Shown piece by piece: positions 54,715 to 63,174 of a DNA stretch of 64,000 nucleotides. A program made the position numbers and the translations under genes. How positions within the stretch are numbered: position 1 is the first letter of the stretch; each line of letters begins with the position of its first letter. The DNA is from an uncultured Dehalococcoidia bacterium (GTDB lineage: Bacteria; Chloroflexota; Dehalococcoidia; Lucifugimonadales; GCA-2712585), in NCBI GenBank assembly GCA_958295715.1, contig OY282371.1, forward strand, positions 875,183 to 939,182, written 5' to 3'. The notes beneath the pieces were generated by a model. That model made no database searches. It was not told where the DNA came from and saw only the letters and a list, made by a program, of their open reading frames with translations.

Positions 54715-54790
54715 TGGTGGAGCTGGGGGGACTCGAACCCCCTACCTCTTCAATGCCATTGAAGCGCTCTCCCAGCTGAGCTACAGCCCC
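54715..54790 (-). tRNA. tRNA-Ala (anticodon GGC), 76 nt, CCA encoded
   Basis: The reverse complement is GGGGCTGTAGCTCAGCTGGGAGAGCGCTTCAATGGCATTGAAGAGGTAGGGGGTTCGAGTCCCCCCAGCTCCACCA. It folds as a cloverleaf: 7-bp acceptor stem with the G3:U70 alanine identity pair, D-arm GCTC/GAGC, anticodon stem CTTCA/TGAAG with loop AT-GGC-AT, and T-arm GGGGG-TTCGAGT-CCCCC. Confidence 0.95.
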
Positions 54791-54822
54791 ACGGCGACCA
54801 AGTATAGCACACGACGCCGGGG

Positions 54823-56094
54823 TTATACGCTAGGCTTTTCCATGATGGCGAACCCGGTGTAGGGGCGCAGGGCCTCCGGCAGGCGGACAGAGCCATCCTG
54901 CCGCTGCCCCTTTTCCATGATGGCTATCATCACCCTGGGCAGGGCGAGGCCCGACCCGTTTAGGGTGTGGACGAAGGCGGGGGCGGAGCCCTTCTTTGGC
55001 CGGCTCCTCACGTTGGCGCGCCGGGCCTGGAAGTCGGCGCAGTTGGAGCAGGAACTGACCTCCAGCCACTCCTGGGACCCCGGCGCCCATACCTCTAGGT
55101 CGTAGGACTTGGCGGAGGCGAACCCCAGCTCCGGCGCGCACAACTTCACCACCCGGTAGGGCAGTTCGAGGGCCTGGCAAACGGCCTCGGCGTCCACCAC
55201 AAGGCCCTCCAACTCCCGGTCGGAGTCGTCTGGCTCCACGAACTTATACATCTCAACCTTCTGGAACTGGTGAACCCGCTTAATCCCGCGGGTGTCCCTG
55301 CCCGCCGACGCCTTCTCCCGCCTGAAGCAGGGCGTGGAGGCGGTGTACTTGAGGGGCAGGCTCCCCGGCGGCAGGACCTCGTCGCGGTGCAGATTGGTGA
55401 GGGGCGCCTCGGCGGTGGGTATCAGCCAGAGGTCGTCCTCCTCGTCGTGGTACAGATTGTCGGCGAACTTGGGCAGATTTCCCGAACCCGTCATCACATC
55501 TTTACGCACCACCGCCGGCAGCTGCGTCTCCACGTAGCCGTGTTTGCCGGTGTGGAGGTCAAGCATGAAGGCTGAGAGGGCGCGCTCCAGCCTGGCGCCC
55601 TGTCCCATGAGCACGTAGAACCTGGAGCCGGCCAGCTTCGCGCCCCGTTGAAGGTCGATGACCCCCAACCGTTCGCCCAACTCCCAGTGGGGCAGGGGGT
55701 CGAAGTCGAAGGTTGGAAGCTCACCCCAGGCGCGGACCACCACGTTGTCCTCCTCCCCCTTGCCGTCGGGCACGTCGTCCTGGGGGATGTTGGGGAGTTC
55801 CAGGAGGAGGGCGCGCAGCCGCTCTTGGATGATTTCGTGCCTTTCGTCGAGTTCCGATATCGCGTCGCCGACCCGCCGCATCTCCGCGATGGCCTGTGAC
55901 CTGTCGCCGCTCATCCGGCCGATGGTCTTGCTGACCTCGTTGCGCTGGGCCCTCAGGGCGTCGGCCTGGGCCTGGAGCTCGCGGCGCTCCCGGTCCATGG
56001 ATAGGATGGCGTCAATGGGAGGCTCCTCGCCCCGGCGCCGCAGGGCCTGGGCTACGCGCTCAGGTTCCCGGCGAATCAGTTCCAGGGACAGCAC
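54823..56094 (-). CDS. serS: Seryl-tRNA synthetase
   Basis: ORF track, 423 aa. It has the N-terminal coiled-coil (MLSLELIRREPERV...) and a class II catalytic core (FRRE...GRDTRGIKRVHQFQKVE, NGSGLA..R). Confidence 0.95.
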   Translation of the reverse strand: MLSLELIRREPERVAQALRRRGEEPPIDAILSMDRERRELQAQADALRAQRNEVSKTIGRMSGDRSQAIAEMRRVGDAISELDERHEIIQERLRALLLELPNIPQDDVPDGKGEEDNVVVRAWGELPTFDFDPLPHWELGERLGVIDLQRGAKLAGSRFYVLMGQGARLERALSAFMLDLHTGKHGYVETQLPAVVRKDVMTGSGNLPKFADNLYHDEEDDLWLIPTAEAPLTNLHRDEVLPPGSLPLKYTASTPCFRREKASAGRDTRGIKRVHQFQKVEMYKFVEPDDSDRELEGLVVDAEAVCQALELPYRVVKLCAPELGFASAKSYDLEVWAPGSQEWLEVSSCSNCADFQARRANVRSRPKKGSAPAFVHTLNGSGLALPRVMIAIMEKGQRQDGSVRLPEALRPYTGFAIMEKPSV

Positions 56095-56096
56095 GG

Positions 56097-57596
56097 CTAC
56101 TCACGGCTCCGCATCTGAGGGAAGAGCATGACGTCCCTAATGCTGGTCTGGCCGGTGAGGAGCATAACCAGGCGGTCTATGCCGATGCCGAGGCCGCCGG
56201 TGGGGGGCATCCCGTACTCCAAGGCCAGGAGGAAGTCCTCGTCGGTCCTGTCCATCTCCTCGTCGCCGTAACGACGGCGCACCTCCTCTTGGGCTTGGAA
56301 GCGGCGGCGCTGCTCCACGGGGTCGTTCAACTCCGTGTAGGCGTTGGCGACCTCCATTCCCACGGCGAAGGCCTCGAACCGCTCCACCAGGTGGGGACTG
56401 CCGGGCTTCTGTTTGGCCAAAGGTGACATAATCATGGGGTAGTCGACAATAAAGGTGGGGGCTATGAGGCGCGGCTCAACGGAAAGAGACAGTAGCTTAT
56501 CGTAGACCCGGTGAACGGGGCCGTCGGCGACGTCGAAGCCCTTGGCCCGGGCCTCAGCCGCCAACTCGTCCGCGCCCTTGCCCCCCAAGACGTAGGGGTA
56601 CAGGTCTATGCCGGCGTGCTCCTCCACGGCCTCCAGGAACGGGATGCGGCGCCAGGGCGGCGACAGGTCCACGTCCTGCTCGCCGTGCCTGACTACGGCT
56701 GAACCCAAAACCGCCTGGGCCACCGTTGACACCATCTCCTCCACCATTGACATAACGTTGGTGTAGTCGGCGTAGGCCTCGTAGCTCTCCATCATGGTGA
56801 ACTCCGGGTTGTGGTCCTGGTCCACGCCCTCGTTGCGGAAAATCCTGCCAATCTCATACACCTTGTCAAAGCCGCCAACGATGAGCCGCTTGAGGTAAAG
56901 CTCCGTGGCTATGCGCATGTAGAGGTCTTGGTCTAGGGCGTGGTGGTGGGTGATGAAGGGGGAAGCGAGGGCGCCGCCGGCCACGGGAACCAGGACGGGC
57001 GTATCCACCTCCACGAAGCCGCGGCCGCTCATAAAGGCCCGTATGCCCTCGATGACGCGGCTGCGCTTGAGGAAGGTGGGCATGACCTCATCGTGGTTGG
57101 CTATCAGGTCCAGGTAGCGGCGGCGATACCGCTGCTCGGTGTCGCGGAGGCCGTGCCACTTCTCAGGCAGCGGCCGCAGGGACTTGGAGAGGAGGGTGAA
57201 CTTGCGGGCCTCCACCGTGACCTCCCCCGTGCGCGTGCGTATCATAGAGCCGTGGACTTCAAGGAAGTCGCCAACGTCCAGGTCTTTGAGGCTGGCGTAC
57301 TCCTCGCCCAGGAGGTCGCGGCGAAACTGGACTTGCAGCTTGTCCGTCCCGTCCCTCAGGTCGGCGAAGGAGCTTCTGCCCATGCCGCGCAGGGCTACGA
57401 CGCGGCCGGCGACTGTAACGGGCGCGGGCGGGGGCGCGGCGGCTTCCACCCGTTCCTGCTCCAGAAGCAGGGCCCTGGCCTGGGCGTTGGTGTGGGTGCG
57501 GCGGACGCGGGCGGGGTAGGGGTCTACGCCCCGTTCCACGAGGCGTTCCAGCTTCTGGTGACGACTGGCGCGAAGGCCGCTGACCCGCTCAGCCAT
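56097..57596 (-). CDS. lysS: Lysyl-tRNA synthetase, class II
   Basis: ORF track, 499 aa. It has an OB anticodon-binding domain and a class II core (FVEVDTPVL, ELYLKRLIVGGFDKVYEIGRIFRNEG, GGLGIGIDRLVMLL). The stop lies 2 nt before the serS start. Confidence 0.95.
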   Translation of the reverse strand: MAERVSGLRASRHQKLERLVERGVDPYPARVRRTHTNAQARALLLEQERVEAAAPPPAPVTVAGRVVALRGMGRSSFADLRDGTDKLQVQFRRDLLGEEYASLKDLDVGDFLEVHGSMIRTRTGEVTVEARKFTLLSKSLRPLPEKWHGLRDTEQRYRRRYLDLIANHDEVMPTFLKRSRVIEGIRAFMSGRGFVEVDTPVLVPVAGGALASPFITHHHALDQDLYMRIATELYLKRLIVGGFDKVYEIGRIFRNEGVDQDHNPEFTMMESYEAYADYTNVMSMVEEMVSTVAQAVLGSAVVRHGEQDVDLSPPWRRIPFLEAVEEHAGIDLYPYVLGGKGADELAAEARAKGFDVADGPVHRVYDKLLSLSVEPRLIAPTFIVDYPMIMSPLAKQKPGSPHLVERFEAFAVGMEVANAYTELNDPVEQRRRFQAQEEVRRRYGDEEMDRTDEDFLLALEYGMPPTGGLGIGIDRLVMLLTGQTSIRDVMLFPQMRSRE

Positions 57597-57619
57597 AGGC
57601 CCTCTGAGGCTGGAGCAGG

Positions 57620-58090
57620 CTACTCGATATCAAGGACTTCAAGGTCGATGACGCCTGCGGGAACGTCGGCCTTGGCGATCTGGCCGACCTTTTTGCCGAT
57701 AAGGGCCTTGCCGATGGGCGAAAGGTTGGAGATCATGCCCTTGGAGGGGTCGGCCTCGGGACTTCCCACAATGAAATACTTCTCCTTCTTCCGGCGGTTC
57801 TGATTCATCACCGTGACCCTGGACCCCACCTCCACCAGATCCGACTCCCTCTTGGTGTCCTCGATAATCTTGGACTTGTTGATAATGTTTTCCAGGTCGA
57901 GGATGTGGCCCTCAATGAACGCCTGCTCCTTCTTGGCCTCGTCGTACTCGGCGTTGTCCACGGTGCCGCCGATGGAGTTGGCGCGCTGAATCCTGTCGGC
58001 CACCTCCTGCCGGCGGGTGGTGCGAAAGAGGAATAGCTCGTCTTTGAGCTTGGCCAAACCCTCTCGTGTAAGGTAGCTAGGCTGAGCCAA
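57620..58090 (-). CDS. greA: Transcription elongation factor GreA
   Basis: ORF track, 156 aa. LTREGLAKLKDEL...NAEYDEAKKEQAFIEGHILDLE is followed by the C-terminal FKBP-like domain. It is co-directional with lysS-serS-tRNA-Ala. Confidence 0.9.
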   Translation of the reverse strand: MAQPSYLTREGLAKLKDELFLFRTTRRQEVADRIQRANSIGGTVDNAEYDEAKKEQAFIEGHILDLENIINKSKIIEDTKRESDLVEVGSRVTVMNQNRRKKEKYFIVGSPEADPSKGMISNLSPIGKALIGKKVGQIAKADVPAGVIDLEVLDIE

Positions 58091-58325
58091 GGATAACCTC
58101 CGGGAAAAGAAAAATGATTAGGCGTGCGCACGGTTGCCGCCCTACCAGCCTAATCCCCAACATTGTAACTGAGTAACGGGCCTTTGTAAAGTCAACGCCT
58201 CGGTTCCTCCCGTCGTCCCCGCCGGTTAGCCGGTTTCTTAAATTATTCTAAAACTCGCTCAAACTGGCTTCCATTGTTCTTTACTACGGGCGGCGCCCCT
58301 GCGTAGACTCACATGACGGGCAAAG

Positions 58326-58880
58326 ATGCGGGTACTCGGGGGGATAGCCAAGGGAAGAAGGCTGGCCCCTCCCGCCATTGCGGGAGCCAGGCCCACCTCA
58401 GAGCTTATGCGAGGGGTCATCTTCAACAGCCTTGGCCCTGAGCTTTTAGAGGGCGCTCGGGTGGCGGACTTGTACGCCGGCGTTGGCTCCCTGGGCATTG
58501 AGGCCTTGAGCCGGGGCGCCGCCTCCGCCGACTTCTTGGAGAAGGCCCCCCGCCAGTGCGCCGTGATTAGGGCCAACCTGGAGGCCACCGGGTTCAGCGA
58601 CTCAGCCCGGGTCCACTGCGCCGGGGCGCCGGGAGGACTGGCAGCCCTGCAAGGGCCTTACCGGGTGGCGCTGATGGACCCGCCCTACCGCATGAAGAGC
58701 CTTGATGCGGTGATTGAAGCCCTGGACGAGGCTCAACTGATAGAGGTTGACGGTATGCTTGTAGTAGGACATTCAAAGCGCCTTGAGCTTAAGAGGGAGT
58801 ACGGGAACCTCTCCTTGGCGCGCAGCCGGCGGCACGGCGACAGCGTCGTGGACTTTTTCTTGGCCGAGGGTGGCCGGTGA
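58326..58880 (+). CDS. rsmD: 16S rRNA (guanine966-N2)-methyltransferase RsmD
   Basis: ORF track, 184 aa. Motifs: RVLGGIAKGRRL, RPTSELMRGVIFN, DLYAGVGSLGIEALSRGA, DPPY. Confidence 0.85.
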   Translation: MRVLGGIAKGRRLAPPAIAGARPTSELMRGVIFNSLGPELLEGARVADLYAGVGSLGIEALSRGAASADFLEKAPRQCAVIRANLEATGFSDSARVHCAGAPGGLAALQGPYRVALMDPPYRMKSLDAVIEALDEAQLIEVDGMLVVGHSKRLELKREYGNLSLARSRRHGDSVVDFFLAEGGR

Positions 58881-59362
58881 CCACAGCCGTCTATCCAGGG
58901 ACCTTCGACCCGGCGACGCTGGGCCACGTTGACATCGCAGCCAGGGCCTCCAACATCTTTTCACGGGTCGTCGTGGCCGTCTACGCCGGCTCTCCCAGGG
59001 ACCCCCTGTTTGATACCTCGGAACGGATGGGCCTCCTCAGCCACGCGGTGAAAGACCTTGACAACGTGGCCGTTGACAGCTTCAACGGCCTGGTCGTCAA
59101 CTACGCCCGCCGGATGGGGGCTCAGGTTATCGTGCGGGGCCTCCGCGGCGGCTCCGACTTCGACTACGAACACGAGATGGCCTTTGTAAACAAGAAACTG
59201 GCCCCGGACATCGAAACGGTGTGCCTGATTACCAGCCTGGAGTACCAGTTCGTCAGTTCCAGCCGCCTGAAGGAGGTGGCAAGCCTGGGAGGCGATATCG
59301 GGGTCATGGCCCCGCCTCACGTGGCTGAAGCAGTCCTGCAAAAATTCGATCTGCCAAAATAG
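58877..59362 (+). CDS. coaD: Phosphopantetheine adenylyltransferase
   Basis: ORF track, 161 aa. Motifs AVYPGTFDPATLGHVDI and the VRGLR motif. GTG start overlaps the rsmD stop by 4 nt. Confidence 0.9.
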   Translation: MTTAVYPGTFDPATLGHVDIAARASNIFSRVVVAVYAGSPRDPLFDTSERMGLLSHAVKDLDNVAVDSFNGLVVNYARRMGAQVIVRGLRGGSDFDYEHEMAFVNKKLAPDIETVCLITSLEYQFVSSSRLKEVASLGGDIGVMAPPHVAEAVLQKFDLPK

Positions 59363-59387
59363 CCTAGCAAAATAGAAAGGGGGATAT

Positions 59388-59918
59388 ATGGACATAATCA
59401 ATATCATCGATAGGCTAGAAGCGTTAATCACCACCAGCACCAAGGTCCCGGCTACCCAGCGCACTATTCTGGATGTTAAGAAGGTGCAGGAGTTAATGGA
59501 CCAGCTCAGGCTGGCCGTGCCCAACGACGTGAGGGCCGCCAAGGAGATTCTCGTCAACAAGGACGACATTCTCAACCTGGCGGAGGCCGAGCGCCGCCGC
59601 ACCAAGGCTCACGCCGAAGAGGAGTTTCGCACCCGGATCAACCAGGCGGACATCCTGAAGGAAGCTCAACGGAAGGCCAAGGAGATGCTCGACGACGCCG
59701 AGCGCAAGTCCAGCCGGATGCTCGCCCAGGCGGAGACGGAGCTAACCACCAGGAAGGCGGAGGTTGACGCCTACGCCGCCAAGGCCCTGCGGAACCTGGA
59801 GCGTCAGATGACCGCCAACCTGACCAGCATTCGCAACGGCTTGGCCCTGCTGAACGTGGCCGACGCCTACGAGACGGTTTCCGCCGCCAACGGCAACAAC
59901 CACGACCGCGACCGCTAG
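59388..59918 (+). CDS. Coiled-coil protein of unknown function, 176 aa
   Basis: ORF track, with GGGGGA upstream of the ATG. It is a charged heptad-like sequence (AEAERRRTKAHAEEEFRTRINQADILKEAQRKAKEMLDDAERKSSRMLAQAE). No catalytic motif was recognised. Confidence 0.6.
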   Translation: MDIINIIDRLEALITTSTKVPATQRTILDVKKVQELMDQLRLAVPNDVRAAKEILVNKDDILNLAEAERRRTKAHAEEEFRTRINQADILKEAQRKAKEMLDDAERKSSRMLAQAETELTTRKAEVDAYAAKALRNLERQMTANLTSIRNGLALLNVADAYETVSAANGNNHDRDR

Positions 59919-60670
59919 TCCATAGCCGAGCCGCGATAAGCCCTCCATGCCCCCGCCCGTGGGGGGCCGGGGGGCTTATTGCTTTGGGGGGGTGGGGTCA
60001 GCAGCGCGGCGACATCCTCCGGCAGATCGACGCTGAACTTCCTTTCGAACTCTTCAACGCTACCATAATCTTTCTGGAATTGAGCGGCAACGTCTATTCC
60101 CCGCAGATATTTGGCGGCATTAAGGTCGGCCTTGGCCTTTCCCCACTTTTGCAGACGCAGCCAAGCCACGCCGCGGTTGTAGTGCGCTATCTTATACCGT
60201 GGGTCAATGCCAATTGCCCTGGCGAAGTCTTGGATAGCTAAGGTCAACTCGCCTTTCTTCATATACGCAATGCCGCGGCTGAGGCAAGCCTCCTTGTACA
60301 CTGCGTCAAGTTGAAGCGCCTTGGTGAAGTCTTGGATAGCTAAGGTCAACTCGCCTTTCTTCATATACGCAATGCCGCGGCTGAGGCAAGCCTCCTTGTA
60401 CACTGCGTCAAGTTGAAGCGCCTTGGTGAAGTCTTGGATAGCTAAGGTCAACTCGCCTTTCTTCATATACGCAATGCCGCGGCTGAGGCAAGCCTCCTTG
60501 TACACTGCGTCAAGTTGAAGCGCCTTGGTGAAGTCCTGAATGGCGCGGTCTAACTCGCCCTTCTCCATGTACGCAACGCCGCGGTTGTAATAAGCCTCTT
60601 TATCCCGCGAGTCAAGCGCAATTGCTCTGTCGTAGTTTTGGATGGCGCGGTCTAACTCATCTCTCTTCAT
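59915..60670 (-). CDS. TPR-repeat protein, 251 aa, N-terminally eroded
   Basis: ORF track. It has seven 34-aa TPR units (A.Y.RG.AYM.KGEL..AI.DF..A..LD). A frameshifted TPR remnant (AELDPLI* / YEAAYNNLGEAH) sits at 60671-60730 directly upstream. The C-terminal tail KWGKAKADL...YGSVEEFE...LPEDVAALL is shared with the TPR protein at 63175. Confidence 0.75.
   Translation of the reverse strand: MKRDELDRAIQNYDRAIALDSRDKEAYYNRGVAYMEKGELDRAIQDFTKALQLDAVYKEACLSRGIAYMKKGELTLAIQDFTKALQLDAVYKEACLSRGIAYMKKGELTLAIQDFTKALQLDAVYKEACLSRGIAYMKKGELTLAIQDFARAIGIDPRYKIAHYNRGVAWLRLQKWGKAKADLNAAKYLRGIDVAAQFQKDYGSVEEFERKFSVDLPEDVAALLTPPPQSNKPPGPPRAGAWRAYRGSAMD
60224..60535. repeat. Perfect 102-bp tandem repeat x3 (one TPR unit each) inside the TPR gene
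   Basis: Unit starts at 60224, 60326 and 60428 are identical by eye over 102 nt. The fourth unit diverges from 60534. The encoded unit is DFTKALQLDAVYKEACLSRGIAYMKKGELTLAIQ, three times. Confidence 0.9.
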
Positions 60671-60730
60671 ATGCGCCTCGCCGAGGTTGTTGTAAGCTGC
60701 TTCATATCAGTGGGTCAAGCTCCGCTTTCT

Positions 60731-63079
60731 TTAGTTTTGCACCTGCCCGGTGAAGGGGGTCGCCGCCTTGGTCCAGACGCCGGTCGATGTTTCGTAGTAG
60801 ACGTAGGCTCGCAGATATTTACTCACGTCGGCGGCCACCGGTTGGTACTGGTTTATTTCCGTCGGACCTCCCCAAATTCCATAGGACCGGGCAATGTATT
60901 CGCAGTCGGTGTAGTTGGCGTCAGCGTTATCGCAGCGCTGCCAGCCCCAACGGTAGCCGCTCGAGCCGGCCGGCAGCTGGTCGGCGGTTAGCGTAACGGC
61001 GGTTCCCACCTGAGGACTGGCGTTGCCGCTGGCGAAGGTCAACGCGGTCCCGGCGGCGGCCGCGCTGGCGGCCCGCGCCTTGCCGAAGACCCGGGTGACT
61101 GCCTGAGAGCCATCCGTTAGTTGAACTTTGGCGCGGAAGTATTTCCCCGTATCCCCACTGTTGAGGATGTATAGGTAGGTGGGGCCGCCGCCGCCCCGGT
61201 TTCCGCCTCGCGTCGCATCGACGTCGGTCCAACCCGTCGCTCCGTCGTCGGAGCGTTCCCATTGCCAGGCGCTATTTGCGCCGGTGGCTCGCAAACTCGA
61301 ATCTGCCAGGCAGACCCAGATGGGTTCGCCGACCACGGGGAAGTTGCGATGGTCGCTTTCGCCCATGGCCTGGATTCCCTGGTCGCCGGGTTCCTGACTG
61401 CCGTACTTCAGTCTGGGGTACTGGAGCGGCATTCCGAAGTCCCAGGGGTCGTCGTTGCCGGTGGTCCCGTCGAGGTCCAGGTTCCAGTTGGCGTAGATGC
61501 CGGTGTAGCTGTTGGTCCGTTGCAGCTCCCGGGTGGTCTTGCCCTCGGGGGAAAGGGCGTCGGAGTCGTCGTCAATGCCGGTGGTTCCCGTGTCCCAATA
61601 GCTGTCGGTAATGCTGGATAGGCTTTGCCCCGGTTGACCGGCGGGCGGCGATACAGGCTCGTCTTTCCCCACGAGGCCGCCGATGTCTGCGCCGCTCACC
61701 CCGGTCACCGGGCCGGTGGCGTAACTGGCGATGATATTCGTGCTGGTGATTCCGTAAGTTCCCGGCGCTCCCTCGACCCCCACCCCGGCGAAACGGGTGT
61801 GACTGCCGGTGTTGAAGCCCACCAGCCCTCCCAAATCGTTCATGCCGCCGGCCCCGTTCACCGCGCCGGTGGCGTAGCTGGCCCGGATGTTGGCGGTGGC
61901 CCGGTTGCTTCTGTGCCCGTCGTTCGAGATAAAGGCGTCATTTTCCCCCACCAATCCCCCCGCCTTGGCGGTGGCTGTGGAGCCGGTGGCGGTAACGCTG
62001 ACGTTGCCGGTGGCGAAGCTGGCAGTCAGGTTGCTGGTCACGTTCACGGGGAAGCCGCCGCCGTCAGTGGAGGCCCTGAACCAACCCACGAGTCCTCCAA
62101 CTTTGGAATCGGCGCCGCTGCTGGTGACGTCGCCTGTGGCGTAGCTTTCGGTTATGTGTCCGGGAGCGACTCGTCCCACCAGTCCGCCCGCGTAGGTCGT
62201 TGCGGTGACGTCGCCGGTCGCGTAACAATTGGATACGGTGGCGTTTACGCTGTTGCCGCCCAGCAGCAGCGCCGTGAGGCCGCCGGCCTCGCCGCCGTTG
62301 GCAGTGACGTTGGCGGTGGAGTAACTGCCGCTTATGGTTCCGGTTGTCCCTCCGACGGCGTTGAGCTGCCCCACCAACCCCCCGGCCCGGTTGCCCGATA
62401 TTGTCACGTTGCCCGTGGAGTGGCTGTTGGTGATGGTCCCTTCTTGGACGAGTCCGGCCAGGGCCCCGGCGCGCCCTTCCGCGTCTATGTCTACGTTGAG
62501 CAGTTGAATGTTACGGAGGATGGCCCCGTTGGTCCGTCCGAACAGGCCTGTCCGGTTTGACCCGGTCCCGGAGGCGCGCTGGATGTAGAGGTAGGAGATG
62601 CTGTTGTTGTTGCCGTCGAAGGTTGAGGTGAAGGGGTTGGTGTTGTCGCCGATGGGCAGCCAGCCCAACCCGCCGTTGTAGTAGTGGTCGGTTGCGTCGC
62701 TGGCGTCGCCGTCGCCGTTGGCGTCGAAGGTCAAGTTCGCCTTCAGTTCGTAGCCTGTGCAGACCCCCGAGGGGCAGCCCATCCGCCCGCCGCTGGAGGT
62801 GTCCCGGCTGGGAAAGGCGGACACGTAGTCGGCGTGGGTGGCGTCTCCGTTGCCGTTCAGGTCGTGGCGCATGGCGTTCAACTGGGCCAGGGTGGTCACG
62901 TCGATGAGGCCGTTGTCCTCCGAGTCGTAATCGGTGAGGGTCTGGGCCGTTATCGTTTCGCTGACGGTGAGTATCAGGGCGAGGACCATGACGGCGGCGA
63001 GGACCTTGGTCATGGCCTTAAGGGAAAGAGCCGGTTTGGGGATGCCGTTGGCCCTGGCGGGCTTGTGGCGCGATTTCAT
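60731..63079 (-). CDS. Secreted GLUG-motif repeat protein, 782 aa, paralog of 557-2434 with an added C-terminal pair of beta-sandwich-like repeats
   Basis: ORF track. It has an N-terminal TM/signal (VLAAVMVLALILTV), the same N-module (LAQLNAMRHDLNGNGD...GCPSGVCTGYEL), GGLVG repeats, and YWDTGTTG...ELQRT.SYTGIY.NW. Two ~80-aa repeats follow (W.WERSDDG..W.D......Y......D.GKY.RA.V / WGWQRC......Y..V..DV.KYLRAYV). Confidence 0.8.
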   Translation of the reverse strand: MKSRHKPARANGIPKPALSLKAMTKVLAAVMVLALILTVSETITAQTLTDYDSEDNGLIDVTTLAQLNAMRHDLNGNGDATHADYVSAFPSRDTSSGGRMGCPSGVCTGYELKANLTFDANGDGDASDATDHYYNGGLGWLPIGDNTNPFTSTFDGNNNSISYLYIQRASGTGSNRTGLFGRTNGAILRNIQLLNVDIDAEGRAGALAGLVQEGTITNSHSTGNVTISGNRAGGLVGQLNAVGGTTGTISGSYSTANVTANGGEAGGLTALLLGGNSVNATVSNCYATGDVTATTYAGGLVGRVAPGHITESYATGDVTSSGADSKVGGLVGWFRASTDGGGFPVNVTSNLTASFATGNVSVTATGSTATAKAGGLVGENDAFISNDGHRSNRATANIRASYATGAVNGAGGMNDLGGLVGFNTGSHTRFAGVGVEGAPGTYGITSTNIIASYATGPVTGVSGADIGGLVGKDEPVSPPAGQPGQSLSSITDSYWDTGTTGIDDDSDALSPEGKTTRELQRTNSYTGIYANWNLDLDGTTGNDDPWDFGMPLQYPRLKYGSQEPGDQGIQAMGESDHRNFPVVGEPIWVCLADSSLRATGANSAWQWERSDDGATGWTDVDATRGGNRGGGGPTYLYILNSGDTGKYFRAKVQLTDGSQAVTRVFGKARAASAAAAGTALTFASGNASPQVGTAVTLTADQLPAGSSGYRWGWQRCDNADANYTDCEYIARSYGIWGGPTEINQYQPVAADVSKYLRAYVYYETSTGVWTKAATPFTGQVQN

Positions 63080-63174
63080 CGTTCCGCTCGCTTCGTCCCA
63101 GCCGGTGGGCCGGGAGTTATCGTTGTGACTCCTTGGGAATGGAGGTTGGCTTGTTCATTGGTTGGCGGGTGGCC

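Noticed and set aside
54715-54790. tRNA-Ala as the integration target of the low-GC island
   Set aside because: The tRNA lies 3.4 kb beyond the right repeat, separated by nagZ and a membrane-protein gene of normal GC. The direct repeats share no sequence with the tRNA.
58096-58325. Divergent greA/rsmD intergenic promoter (TTGACT at 58195-58190 and TACAAT at 58167-58162, minus strand)
   Set aside because: The two hexamers are 22 nt apart, too far for a sigma70-type promoter. No better pairing was found, so it is not reported as a feature.
59915-59918. Convergent genes (coiled-coil protein and TPR protein) sharing a CTAG in which both stop codons overlap
   Set aside because: This is real in the sequence but is a trivial consequence of the TAG palindrome. 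No terminator hairpin or other signal is associated with it.
51319-62560. Long antisense ORFs inside housekeeping genes (51319-52155, 55658-56131, 56940-57803, 58961-59605, 61625-62560)
   Set aside because: Each overlaps a confidently identified gene on the other strand (nagZ-like, serS, lysS, coaD, GLUG). They have the Arg/Gly/Pro-rich composition typical of antisense frames in high-GC DNA.
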